This document shows, in pieces, positions 37,401 through 50,899 of a stretch of 64,000 nucleotides of DNA (positions are counted from its first letter, which is position 1; each line of letters begins with the position of its first letter). The notes beneath the pieces were generated by a model. The model was not told the DNA's origin. It was given only the letters and a program-made list of their open reading frames with translations, and searched no databases. This DNA comes from Batkoa obscura (lineage: Eukaryota). Made by a program: the position numbers and the translations under genes. The stretch is from contig JASVEC010000011.1 of the NCBI GenBank assembly GCA_030770535.1, positions 310,001-374,000 on the forward strand. The letters are read 5' to 3'.

Positions 37401-37827
37401 TTAAGTCTTGAATTTCTTTATTTGCATAAAAATAAGTTTAATTTAATAATAAAAGAAATATTTTTATACCTTTTAGATTAGTCTTGTTTTCTTGTTCTTT
37501 AATCTTTAATAAATCTCTTTCGGATTTTAATTTACCAATCTGATTTTCAAAAGTTTCAACAGTTTGTGCTAAAAAAGTTAGCTATTACCAGTGCACGAAT
37601 ATAATCTTACAATGCTTCAAATTGTTTTCTGATTGCTGTTTATTAAGTTCAATGGCCTCTTTTTTGAATTTAGTATAAGATCCTTCTTCTGAAAACAAGA
37701 GTTCGATAGCAGTAAATAATTGTCTTAAGTTTTTATCACGCTTGCATTTTTTCCTTAAACTTAAAACGACAGATTCATCAACTCCAAGTTCGGTGTGAAT
37801 TGGAACTTCTGGTGTGTCTGTATTCAT
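31406..37827 (-). CDS. Tpr/Mlp1-like nuclear basket coiled-coil protein, paralog B (about 19 introns)
   Basis: Long heptad-rich exons; RWINRAQQILNSERVDP, FQNISKASEEALDKLS, IIHHLRREKE; collinear with the paralog at 38673-45182. Confidence 0.75.
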
Positions 37828-38672
37828 ATTAAAAAAATGTAAATTTGAAACTAATATTCATTCTAATTTTATAAAATTCAATTAGAGATTACGCATTACA
37901 TTAAGCAAATCAATGGTTATATTTTTAGAACCAAGCTATGCAGAATATTTTAACAATAGCTAAACTGAAACGTTCAAATGTAGCAACTTTATTAGCTCTA
38001 AGGCTCAATCTGTTATTTTTATAGCAATGTAGTTTAAACTTGTCCTTTAAATATAATAATGCTTTGCTTTATATGACATGTAGGATTTAATTTTATTTAA
38101 CCTTTAAAGATTATCTTAAGTTGCTGTTAAGAGTATAAAAACTTTGCTTACAAGATCCTAATATTAGATTACCTTTAATGGTTTAACATAAATTAAAAAA
38201 TATTGAAAAAAAATTATGGATAAAATCACGATTGTATCTATTATATTATAATAATATGATTTCTTTATAATTCAAACAAAATTCATCATTACTGTTGTTT
38301 ATAAACAAATCTATATGGCAATAATGAAAAAGCAGCAATCAAACAATTAGTTCTTACTACTTTCAATAGCATTTTTTGTCGAAACTGATGATTTTGATAT
38401 TGATTTAAACAATAGTCCAAAACGTCTCTATAAAAAATGAAATTTTTAATAACCAATTTTAAAGAAATGTTTTAACAAACTTTATACCTTAAAAACAACA
38501 TTTTATTGATATCCTTTGTAAATAGTTAAACTGCTAGAAGTTAATATAGTAAAATTCAAATTTAATAATAGCAAAATAAGTATAAATTGTTTTGATGTTT
38601 TTAAGTACAGTACATTTTTATTTGCGTAGCAATCTGATCAATTTACTTTTAAAAAACAAACTTGTTTAATAT

Positions 38673-41600
38673 TTATTGTTCATTGTTAGGTTCATTATCT
38701 GACAAATCTCCCAAATCTAAATTCTCAGGTAAAGGCGAAAGTCCTTCAACTTCCAAATCTCCTTCCTCATTTTCATTAGCTGGTTTAGTACCTTGCTCGG
38801 GGGCATCCAAAGACTCACTAGCTAATACTTCGTTTTTATTTTCTGGTGCAACTTGAGCGTCATTTCTAAGTAAGTCATCCTCGGCTTCAATCTCTTTTAC
38901 TTTTTTGTTTAAATGTAATACTTCACCTTCAGGGGCTGGGATATTTTCTGGAACAGGAGATTTTCTTTTGTTTCTAATTTGAGCATCTTCAGTTTGGATG
39001 CTTTGAACATCTGGGTTTTGATTAATTGTTTCATCTGTTGAGCTAGGAAGTATTGTAGGACTTCTTGTTTCCAAAGCTTTGTCCACAATATCATTTTCTG
39101 ATTGCTGTTCTCTATGAAGGTTGACTGATCCACTATCAATTATATTTTCATTCACCAGTTGCTCAGAAACTGTATTTGATTCCATGTTTGGATTTGGAAT
39201 GGTCACTGGGTTCGAATTTGGTTCTTTAAAACCACTAAGTTCATTATTTAATCTATTCACTTCATTTTTTAGCTCTAAAATTTCTTCTTGTAGTTTCTTG
39301 GATTGATTTACATGCTTAGTTGAGAGCGCCTTGCCGCGCATTTCTAAGGTTGAAACTACTTTCCGTTTCTCCTCAGCAACTTTCTCTATTTCTTGAGAAA
39401 GGGAGTTGATTTCAGCAAGTTTGCTACTAAGCTCTGCCTTTAGACTATTGATCTCTTGAAGTTGATTACCATTGACAGTTTGAAGGTTAGCAATATCATG
39501 TGCCAACTTGTGGTTACTTTCTTTAATTAGTTCACTATCAACAACTAGCTTATCGTGATTAGCTCTTATTAAAGATAGCTCTTCTTTGAGGGAGCTAATT
39601 TCCTTTTCTAACTCCTGGACTTGCTTGTCATTTTCCTCCCTAACATCTGCTGTACCTTGACCTTTACCTTTGACATTGTCCCCCTTAGCTTCTGTTGATC
39701 CCTGAGCTTTGTCTTTAGGTTGGGAGTTTGCCATCACTTTATATTTACCATAGAGCTTAATAATTTGTGAAATCTTATTCGGGGTTTCGTTCTTCTTGTC
39801 CTCTGGAATCACAAGAAGACGCATGCTTTCATAGAGTAATTTAGAATCATTCCCTAACGAAGAAACTTTAGATTCCAAGATGGACTTATCTTCTTGTAAT
39901 GCTCTTATAGTTGAATTTAGTGTTTCTAACTCTTTATTTTTGGATTCTAATAATGATTTCAGATTTTCGTTATTTCCTTGATTTTGATTAGAATCTTCAC
40001 CACTCTTGATACGGGTCATGATCTCGGCTCTTTCTTTTTTAACTTGGTCTAACTCTTGGTTAAGTTTTGAAACTTCCAAAGAGCTAGAATTAACTTGCTG
40101 CTTAAGTTGGGCAATTTCTTGTTGCGCTGTATTATAACTATCTTGAAGTTTATTTGGTGCTTCCGTTCCTCCTTGCTGAGCATTACTAGCTTGAACTTGT
40201 TGGAGCTTCTTTTTATACGCGAGCATTATTTTAGCTTGCTTGTTAAGCTTTTCCTTTAGATCAGTTAGCTCATTTTTATTATTTACTTTTAATGACTCAA
40301 TATCCAGCTTATATTGTTCTATAGAAATTTGAGCCTCTTTCAAAGCTACAGATACCGAATTTAATTCATTCCTTGCCTCTTCAAGCTCTTTAGTAGTTAA
40401 GCCTAGTTTCTCTAATGAATGTTTTGATTCTGACAAAGCTTTATTTGCAGTGTCTAGCTCATCTTTGACTTTTTGATGATCTGCAGGATCGACTCTCTAA
40501 ATAAGGTTAAGGAAGGGAAATAGAAATTAAATTAACATACCTCACTATTAAGTATTTGTTGTGCACGATTTATCCAATGTTCGTTATCTTTTTTAAGATC
40601 ATTAATTTGTTTATCCTTCTCTTCAATTGTTTTTTCAACCTCTTGGAGTTTAGCTATAAAAAAACATTAATGCCTAACTTTGTATTTGAATTTAGTTACC
40701 ATCTACAGATAATGAATGTTTTTCAGTATCAATAAGCTTTACTTCAAGTTTGGACTTTTTCTTCAAAAGAGAATCATTGTCTTGTCTTAAATGGATATTG
40801 CTTTCGTTTAATTGCTTCAAATGAAGTATCTTCTCGTCTAATTGCTGTTTAAGGTGAGAAATCTGACTCATATCCTGCCCTCTCTTAGCATCCTAGAATA
40901 TTGTTATTTATTTAATTAACTGAAAAATAAAAACTATACGTTATTTAGTAGATCACGAACATGATCTAATTCTTTGCGAATGTTATCTCTCTCATTTTTA
41001 ATGCGACTATTTTCAGCTCCAAGAACTTCAATTCTAGCAAGGACAACTTCCTTTTCTTTCTTAAAGTACTTTATTAAGTCATGGTTTACAGTATTTGACT
41101 CTGAACTAGCTAGATTCTCTTCTTCTGACATGACAGAAATAAACGATGTGTTAACCCTTGCCTCTGCCTTTTCAACTTGAGCTAGAAGAGTATCATTCGT
41201 AGCTGTAAGATGGGAAATTCTATATTTTTATTAATTAAACTGTAAGCTATTTTCAATAAATCATACCTCTGCTCCAATCCTGTAATAGTTAAGTTGTTGG
41301 TTTTAATTTGACTCTTAAGATCAAATACAATGGAATCGTTTTCTGCTTTAACCAGCTCAATTTTTGTCTATATAATACGCTTAAATAAAATCGCTAAAAG
41401 CTTATAGAACTTACCTTTAATTCTAGAACTTCCTTTTGTAGTTTTTCATTTTCTTTTTTAGTTTTATGATTTGATTTAATTTTTTCAGCGTGGTTAGTTA
41501 ACTCGGATTCATAATTTTGAGTCTTTAAATTAAGCTGTGTCTTGAGGTTCTCTATTTGCTTATCCTTCTTTTGATGCAATGATTGTAAATGGGAAACTTC

Positions 41601-44600
41601 TCGTTTTAACGTCTTTAATTCAGAATTTAATTCATCCTTGATTTTCTTAGATCCTGAAATCATTTCATTTTCTTTATCGATGCATTTTGAATGTTCATCT
41701 TTCAAGCTATTGAAGCGCTCTTCGATCTCAGTTAACTTGTTTATTTGAGATTTATAACTCTTTTCATTGATACGTACTTGTTCTTCGGAACTCTTTTTAT
41801 AGTCCTCATAGGTAAGACTTAAAGCTTTTAATGCTTCCTCACTAGCCTTTGCAAAGCTCTGAAGTTCTGATTGGTGTGTTTTACTTTGAAGGAGCTCTTT
41901 TTCCGTGTTTGAAAGGTCATTGCTAATTGTAAATTAACATTTTATAAAATAAGATTAAAAACGATAATACCGAAGTTTGCTAAGCTCTTCAGTGATAATG
42001 TCTGAACTGGAAGACGATTGAATAAGTGCTTCAAGCCTTACTTTATCTTCTTCGAGACTCTTTATACGCTCTTTTGAGTGTATCAAATTACTATCAGATA
42101 CTGATAACTCTGCACGGATAGAAGCAATTTCCGAATTCTATTTAAATTGATTAAAATTATAAAATTCATATTATAAATATATTACTAATGAATCAATACG
42201 GTCTTGGCGAGCCTTGAGTTCTCTTTTAAAATGGATATTTTGGGAACTTAACTCTTGTCGAGATTCGTCAAGTGAATTTTTAGCACGCTCACTATGGAAT
42301 TTTAGACAACTTAATTAAATATAGATATTCTCTTACATTTCCTCTTTTAAAGAAGTAATCATTCCCTCCTTTTGAGTTAAAATTATTGACTCGCGTTTAA
42401 AGGCTTCTTCTAATTGGAGTTGAAGTTTGATTACCCTATCGTTTATTTGTGATTTATCATTATTAAGGGTTTTGATTTCTAGCTCCATCCTTTCAGTGTT
42501 ATTCTAATATAATATTAGTAAATCTATAGAATATAGTTAAAAGTAGGACCAAACCTTGGTCAACTCAAGCTCTCTCTTAATCCCAGATAAAATAATTTGA
42601 TTTTTATCCTTTTGGCCTTTAATGTCGTTAGATTCTTCTAAGATCTATAAAAAATTAGATCAAAGCTTTGTTATTTTAATTGACTTACCTGAATATACAT
42701 CTGGTCTTTTTCATTAAGATTAGTTTCTAAAGTATTATTTCTTTCTCTTAATTCTTTTAATTCATTTTGAATAGATTCGTAGCTTTGATTTAATAGAGAG
42801 TATCGACCTTAATAAATTATTATTAAAAGCATAGAAATGGAAATTTAATTTACTTTCAGAAAAACCAAATTGTGCTTGGAGATGAATTAAATCTTGTACT
42901 TTTCCAGAAAGCTCATCTTTTAATTTTTGATTGTTTTTAAGTAAAGAGGAGAAATTCTTATGTGATTCTATTCTCAATACATCCAATTCATTTCTCAATT
43001 TTTTAACTTGTTCTTCCGATTCAATGTTTTGGATGTGTTCATAAGATGGTGGTGCTTGAATATTTTGAATTGGAGTAATTGCAATATTTTGAGAAGCCTT
43101 TTGGAGGATTTCTATTTCAGATCGAGCAACCTTCAAATTCTCTTCTTGCTGCTTAATAACCAATTTCAAGTCCTCTACAAGTTCAAGTTTCTTTTCATTG
43201 AATGCATTCTCAAGTGAATCGATTTGCTCTTTAAGAATTCTTTCATCTTGATCTATTTTTGTTGCAAATTCTTGGATTACTTTTCTATCCTTCTCAGTGA
43301 ACCCAACAACTTCTTCGTGACCTTGAGGAGTATTATTCTCATTAACTTCATTTTCGTCTCGATTTTCAGTTAAAGGTGCTTTTTTCTTTAATAGCTTATT
43401 TTCCATTGACAATGCCTTAACTTTAATCGCTAAAGTATCTGCTTCTTTTTCAAGGAGTTCACTTGATCTTTTGTACTCATCGACTTTTGCAGTAGCTTTT
43501 TTAAAATCTATTGATAAATTTTCTTTGGACTTTAAAGCTTGATTGAGTTGGCTTGAGAGAACCTCGGCTTCTTTAACAATTCTATCATAATCTAACCTCT
43601 GTTTTTCGAAATATGGCGCACTTGTTTCAATTTCTTTAATAAGGGCATCAACCATGTCCTTTAACTTTTTGCTGTTATTTCTTTCTGCATTCAACTTCTT
43701 TTCTAGCTCAATGTACTCTGAATATATTTCTGTAAAGCTTTTCCCAGTTTTATGTGCGCTAAAAACTAATTTGGTTGAATCAGATAATATTAATTTTTCA
43801 GTATTCTCTGGGATAAATTGGCCAGTTTTGTAAGATCCAAGCTCCTTCTCTAACGATTGAATCTTTTCATTGAGGTTGATATCATTTTGTTGATACCTCT
43901 GTTCCAGATTGGATTTTTCGGCACGTTCGCTTGCTAATGTACTTCGAATTTCCTCAATCTCCTTTTCTAACCCTTGAATTCTTTCGTTAGAAATATTCAT
44001 GCTCTCTTTGTTCAAAGCTAAAAGTCTCGAATTAGCATCCAACTCTTTTTGAAATGCATTCTCTTTTTCAGTGAGCAATTTCTTTAATTCGACGTTCTTT
44101 TCTTCGCTAGATTTAAGTTCATTTGTTAAGCTATTAGCCTGTAAAGTGAGCGACTCGATCTTTGAATTTGAAATAATGCTTTCACTTTGGAGTTTTTCAT
44201 TTTCTCGTTGAAGTTTAGATAATTCAGTTGACTAAAATTAAGCATTAAATATTGTGTAAAAAAATACTGCTTTTGTATTACCTTTGTTATTCTATAATTC
44301 GAAAACTCTTTCACCTTTTCATCTAACTCTTTTTGTACGAAATCCGTCTGTTCCTTAAAGCTTTTTAAATTTTGCTCTAAAATAAGGTTTTCATTCTTTA
44401 AACATTTGATTAGTTGCTCGGTTTTTTAATGAAATATAAAGTACCTCCAAAGTATTTACTTTCGAACGTAGCTCATTAGCTATGATGGATTGCTTTGAAA
44501 GCTCCTGTCTAGTTTCAGACAAATCTTTCTCAGAGTTGCCTGACATATCTACAATAATAAATATTTTGTATTTTAAGTGGTATGTGAATTACTCCTGATT

Positions 44601-45182
44601 GATTCTAATTCAAGAACTTTTGCTTCGAGTGAAGAGATTAAGTTTTCTTTTTCTTCTTTAAATTTTGAAGTTTGCTCCTGGTTCTTCGCTTTTTCTTCAA
44701 GCATAGAATTCAATTGATCTCTTGCGTCGGCCAAATCCTTTTTTAAACTTTCATTTTCCTTAACTGATGATATATGTTAGAACGATAAATTGATTTTTTT
44801 TAAATAATACCTTTGTCTTTTAAGCTCTTTTCCGTCTTTTTACTCTCCTTAGTAACTTTCTTCTTCTCTTCTTCCGAAGATTTAAGCTTCGTTAGATAAT
44901 CTTGAATTTCCTGTTCTATACAAATATAATTAAAACCATGATTTATCTATTTATTTTAGTATTCCTACCATAATCGATATCCTTCTGGGTTATTTGCTCA
45001 TTGAGCCTTTTGATCTCATCTTTAGTTTTAGTAAGAGAATTTTCAGTAAAAAAGTTTTCAAGAGCCACAAGGAGCTGGTTTACATCTTTATCTCTTTTAC
45101 TTTTCTTTGTCAAATTTGTAATTACAGACTCTGGGACATCAAGCTGTTGATGTAATTGAATCTGTAAAGTTTCTGTATCCAT
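38673..45182 (-). CDS. Tpr/Mlp1-like nuclear basket coiled-coil protein, paralog A (about 16 introns)
   Basis: FQKELDANSRLLAL, GKSFTEIYSEY, LIKEIETSAP, ASEEALKALS, YESELTNHAE, LIKYFKKEKE, HWINRAQQILNSERVDP: motifs typical of Tpr/Mlp1/Nup211. Confidence 0.82.
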
Positions 45183-45471
45183 ATTAAACTATCTTAATCG
45201 CTACTTTTCAACAATATTTATTTATTTATTTATTTTAATGTGATAAACTTTTAAATAAAAAATAGTTGAGTAATTTTTAAAAAAATTGTACTTGATTTTT
45301 TCTACTGGTTAAGCGATTCTTAATTTGGCTTAACTAGCATTGCAAAATATTTTACAGTATATGCTTACATCATTAATCTTTCTAAGCTCGAAAAAAAAAT
45401 TTAATCAAAACTTTTCATTTTCTACTCAACTATTGAATTATTTATAATAAAACCAATAGCGGCTTATTAGG

Positions 45472-46427
45472 ATGTCATTAAAAGGAAAAACTTTATTGAT
45501 TACTGGTGCATCAAGAGGAATTGGATTAGCTGTAGCTATTAGAGCAGCTAAAGATGGTGCTAATGTTGCTATTCTAGCCAAAACAGCCGAACCACATCCT
45601 AAGTTACCTGGAACTATTTATACTGCAGCTGAAGAAATTAGAAAAGCCGGTGGTAAAGCATTACCTATTGTATGCGATATTCGATCTGAAGACCAGATTA
45701 TTGATGCTATAAACAAAACAGTAACTGAGTTTGGTGGTATTGATATTGTAGTCAATAATGCTTCAGCCATCTATTTGAAAGGTACTGAAGAGGTCGATGC
45801 TAAACGCTATGATCTTTTAAATCAAGTCAATGCTAGAGGTACTTATTTAGTATCTAAAGTAAGTTCTATCTTGAAAGTTTAATTAAGATTAAATTCTTAT
45901 TTTTTAGTATGCCATTCCCCATCTTAAAAAAAGTAGAAATCCACATATTCTGAATATGTCGCCTCCACTAGTCATGGAAGAAAAGTGGCTTTCCCCTTTT
46001 CTCCCATATACCATGGCAAAGTAAAAAAATATTATTTAATATTGAAAAAAAATTAAATTATAATAGATATGGTATGTCAATGTGTGTCTTAGGTATGTCA
46101 GAAGAGTTTAAAGGAGATGGTATTAAAGTCAATGCACTTTGGCCATATACTTCTATTTTGACGGCAGCACTTGGCATGATTGAGGGTTTTGATGCACCTG
46201 AAAAGAGCCGTAAACCTGAGATCATGGCAGACTCAGCACACCTTATTTTAACAAAAGAAGATAATAATTTTACTGGAAACTTCATAATTGATGAAATTCT
46301 TTTACGTGAGGCTGGAATTGATATGGATCAATATGCTGTTGTTCCAGGCTCTAAAGACTTTAACCTTGACATGTTTTTAAATAAGGATATTAATAAGAAA
46401 ATCGAACAGCTAAGAGCTAAACTTTAA
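45472..46427 (+). CDS. HSDL2-like short-chain dehydrogenase/reductase without SCP2 domain; C-terminal PTS1 (AKL)
   Basis: ITGASRGIG, AKTAEPHPKLPGTIYTAA, NNASAI, PHILNMSPPL, YTMAKYGMSMCVLG, VNALWP, SRKPEIMADSA; ends RAKL*. Confidence 0.92.
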
Positions 46428-47990
46428 AATTTAGAAGCTTGTAAATAAACATTTTTTCATGACAATTAAAAATCAAACATTTTATTTAAATTATGTATAA
46501 GAAATAAACAATAATACATTTCCTTTAAATTATTTTATTAGATTAAGCACTTACAGTGAAGTTGATTTTTTTTTATAAACTAGTGAATTATGATTGAAAT
46601 CACTAAGCGCTCTAGCAATAAGCCTATTGAGCTTGATAACAAATGTAAAAATATTTTATCGGAAATCAATTCCAATATATTATTATGTGAAATAAACACT
46701 TCTCTTAATGATTTAAAAATAAATACTTATTACCAATTATGGAGGAGTCAGTAAAAGGTTAATAAATGTATATATGTTGCATAGAATTTCAAAAACAAAA
46801 ATACTTAATCAATAGATTTATTCACTGTTTAATAAATTGAGCTATAATATAGTAATCTGCTTGTATAATTTGTTTGATAAATTGATTCCCTAGTTCAATT
46901 AAAAGATATTTATAATTTATTGTATTTGAAACCTTTAATTACCATTAGTGATAAACATACATCCAACCTTATCTAATCTAACAGTTTGGGCCATTATTAA
47001 TATTTAGTGAAGCTATATGTAATTATAGCGTATGGCTAATGCTAAATAAGCTGTCAAGTAAATAATCAGTGGCAATAAAATTGATTACAAGGTGCTTCGA
47101 GTGTACATAAAAGCTCGGAGTACCGATATGTGCCCAAACTGCTAATGACGTTTGTACATTTTTGAAATTTGTTAGCAAGTTGGGGAATTTACCTCTTTTT
47201 AAACTTTGCCACACACTTTAAATATGTTGCTCCTATCTTTTGTAAAGCAGTGTTATTTGATAAAATCCTTTCATAAAAGTATAGCTTAAAACTTTACAAA
47301 TCTATGTATATTATATGTTATCTCGAGGAAGACAACATAAATAAAATTAATGCTTTAGACATTTCTCTTATTCTTAAAATAAAAAGTTTATTTCTTTTTA
47401 AGATAGCATAATTATTTAATGTCGTCATAAAAGAGCAAAAATATCCTTGCTAACAGTAAGATTTTGTTCAGAACAAGATTCATACTTGTTAATGAAGTAT
47501 ACACAACTTTAACATATTGAAATTAAAAAGGAAAAACTACACCAATGTGCTTATAAAAGCTTTTAGTATCCAACATTTAACTAATTTATTAATCATAAAA
47601 TAATAAACTTTTTAGACTGACAAAATCTTTAATCATCATAAGTTTAATCCATGCATATTTCAAAATAAATTAGGTTAAAATAGTAATAATCAAAATTAAT
47701 ATTGCAATTAATAACCAAGGCTGTCGTCTGTCAACGCTCCCTTGAAATTGTACCAATAGATGTTAAAGTAAGGTCATTGTGAGTACGTAAACTAAATAAA
47801 TGAGGGATAAAAACAAGATACATCAAATAATTATAAGTAGCCATACAAAACGCAATTAGATCCTCCAAATTATTTTAACACCAATTAGCTTTTGATTACT
47901 GTCATGTGATATAAAAACACCTTTTGGAACTATAAAAAAGCAAAAAATCATCTTTGAAAAATAAATAATTATTCAATACCGAAAATCAAA

Positions 47991-48712
47991 ATGGAAAATA
48001 CAGTTGATAGCTTAAACCATGCCACTGCCGCATTCAACACTGTTGGAGGATTTGACAAAGCTTTAGCCGTAATCATTTTTTAATTTAATTATAAACTAAA
48101 GTTTAATACTCTTTATTTTAGTTGATTCAATATTCCACCAAGATGGTAATTTTATTAAAATCTAGGAACAATGTAGGTGAAAAAAGTATGACCAATTTAA
48201 CTGGATTAATGAACTTAGCTAGAATCATAAGTGATAGCCGTACTTTATTCCGTTTCCGAGGAAGTTTACCTTTGATTGCTAAATCTTTACAAGGCGCCTT
48301 AACAAATAATACTCACGTCACATTACCCATGAAACTACAATTAGTATCCATGTTGTTTTATTATCCTTTGGAACATATTTATTGGCTAGGTTCTCACTCA
48401 GTATTACCTGTCAGCCCAAAAACTATAATGTTATCAGCAAAATATTCTTGTAGAGCATGGTTAATTTATAACTTAGTAGAGCTATACAATATTATAATCA
48501 AATATCAAAAATTAATTAAAATGGAAAAAGAAGAGGAGTTTGAATTGAAGAGTGTAGCCAAGAAAGAAAAATATGAACTCTCTGTCCATACCTTCTCAAT
48601 GATTTGCTACACTTATATGGCCGCCCACTACTCTTTAGATCAATCTCCTTTCAACCCTACTTCAGTAGATGTTGCTGGTTTTGCTGCTGCTCTTGCTGCT
48701 TATCTTTCATAA
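47991..48712 (+). CDS. PEX11: Peroxisomal membrane protein Pex11 family (Pex11C/gamma-like), 1 intron
   Basis: GGFDKALALIQYSTK, ISDSRTLFRFRG, LFYYPLEHIYWL, SCRAWL. Confidence 0.8.
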
Positions 48713-48960
48713 ACTTATTATTTCTATATTTTAGTTATATAAGTAAAAATTTAACCACCTTTATTAATTAAAAAATTATTTCTATTTTATATTATCAAAA
48801 AACAATAATTTTAGTCAACTTATTATTATAAAGCTATTGTTTCATTAAAAAATACATTTACAATAAATAAAAATAAAATTAACTTAAAAATAAAGCGATA
48901 TAGATATATTAAATTAAAGAAAAATAAATAAAGTTTACTGTTTATAACAATATAAAACTA

Positions 48961-49527
48961 TTATTCTAATCCTAAATAATCTCTAAAATAACGTTGACCA
49001 TAAATTATTCCTTGTGCAGCTACTGTACAAGCTAATCCTAAAGGTAATGGATGACGTGGACTTGAGAATGCTTTACCGAAATTTAATAAACCATAAGATA
49101 TACTCCATGCTAAAAAGGGTTAATATTATCAGTAAGTTTAGGTGCTTCAATAATGTTAAACTTACCTGTAGCTATCCCAGTTGAATTGAATACATCTCCT
49201 TTTATGCAAGCGTATCTATATATTCTCAAATCAGTATATCATTTCAAAGATTCAATAACTGACATATATAATATAGCTCCATTTTTAAATAATAAAAAGA
49301 AGCAAAACTTACCCAGAGCCAGCATATATAAAAGCAAAAGAAATCATAGAAAGCTTAGTTGGCATCCCTTTAATTAGTATTCTATCTCTGGTTGAACCCC
49401 ATCTGTAGGAAGCCAATAAGGCAGCTGAGGTAATAAAGGCAGGATAAGGAGTTTCAGATAATAAATCTAACAATGATTTATCTTTATTAGGCTTTGTAGC
49501 CATAATTGGGTACTTTTCTTCACTCAT
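48961..49527 (-). CDS. Aim19-like small mitochondrial membrane protein, 2 introns
   Basis: SETPYPAFITSAALLAS...FAFIYAGSGYACIKGDVFNSTGIATAWSISY...PLPLGL, resembling the fungal Aim19 pattern. Confidence 0.7.
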
Positions 49528-49813
49528 TTTAAAATATTGCTAATAAAAATTTTAAAAAAGTAAACTTCTACAAAATTAAGTTTCATTTTAACCAATTATA
49601 TTTTTTTGTCGAACCGATAAGTAGTAAAAAATTGGCTACATATGATTTAATAATGGTGTCTCTCTTACTCTTGTTTTATTACTTTTATTAATCAAATAAG
49701 CTATATAAGTTTTTAGAAAATGAGATAAAAGCATCAATATCCTTGCTTCATAATTCACTAAAATCAGCTTTGAAGGACTGAGTTAACATAGAAGGTGCTT
49801 TCAAGTAATCAAA

Positions 49814-50693
49814 ATGAACATGGATAAAGATTCAGTTGGCAGGCTTTTAGCTCAAACCAAAGATATGTTTAAAAATCAGGTTATAATATCTCCCGAAAAA
49901 ACGGCCGCTATGCTTCAAGAGTATATCGACCCTAGGTCTAGAAAAGACAAATTCCATAAAAGTGATATTAATATAGCCACATATCAGAGTAAATATAAGA
50001 ATGGGTTCTCTAATATAGAAGATGCATTGAATAAATCAAATAGGTTTTTTGATGCCCAGGTTTATTTTTCATTACTAGAGAACAAACGTTCAGCTACCGA
50101 GTTTAAAGAGGGATGTATTAAACCTAACCTTACGGAACGAGAGGAAATCGACAGATACATATTTTACGTTCATTTTTTACTCTTAATTCGCGCAAAGCCC
50201 ACTTTAAAAAACAGTGGAGGCAAACTAGATTACATTCCAAAGTTTCTAACCTCTATTTAAAAATAAATATTGACTTTGGTAACCTAGAGGAAAATGTAGC
50301 ATCCTTTCCCTTAAATAAAATTGAACATCAGTGGATTAAAACTTGTAATGCGAAAATAACACTATTACACTACAAAATATCTTAAGATTTGGAATAGCAG
50401 GGTATAGATGGGCTCATATAGTGGATTATATCTTTATCACTACAAGAGTAGACAAACAATTTCTAGGTCCATTAAATGCAGTTAGGGTATTGTGTAGCAA
50501 GCCTCCGTCATGGGACATACATCCTATCACAAGCTCTGCGCCAATAAAAAATAAAGAAGGAAACTTAAACGAAAATATCCAAGAACTACTATGTTTAGCT
50601 GTTCCAGGCTTTGATTATGATCCACTAATCAACACAAAAGTCATAAAAGAAGAGCTGAAAAGTTTCCCTATGGCAAATCAGTGGAGGGGCTAG
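49814..50693 (+). CDS. Hypothetical protein (about 243 aa), 2 predicted introns
   Basis: Introns 50060-50154 (CAG|GTTTAT, CTAAC branch, CAG) and 50345-50397/50400 join three exons into one stop-free frame; no family recognised. Confidence 0.6.
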
Positions 50694-50899
50694 GATGAGC
50701 ATACATTTGAATATATTGTTAGCCCAATACTTTAAACTATAATGAAAATGCAATATAAAATAAAAGTACATTATAAATGAATATGGATGTCTTTTTGTTT
50801 TTATTCAGTATTAATTATATAAATTCTGCTTTCTGCTTTGATTATTAATGTACAATATAATGTAAATTTGCTTTAGATGATTAGCATTAAACTTAAAAA

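Noticed and set aside
50150..50200. Apparent non-canonical (AT-AG or U12-type) intron starting AG|ATACAT
   Set aside because: A canonical GT-AG intron at 50060-50154 with a CTAAC branch point explains the frame change; there is no RTATCCTT U12 donor.
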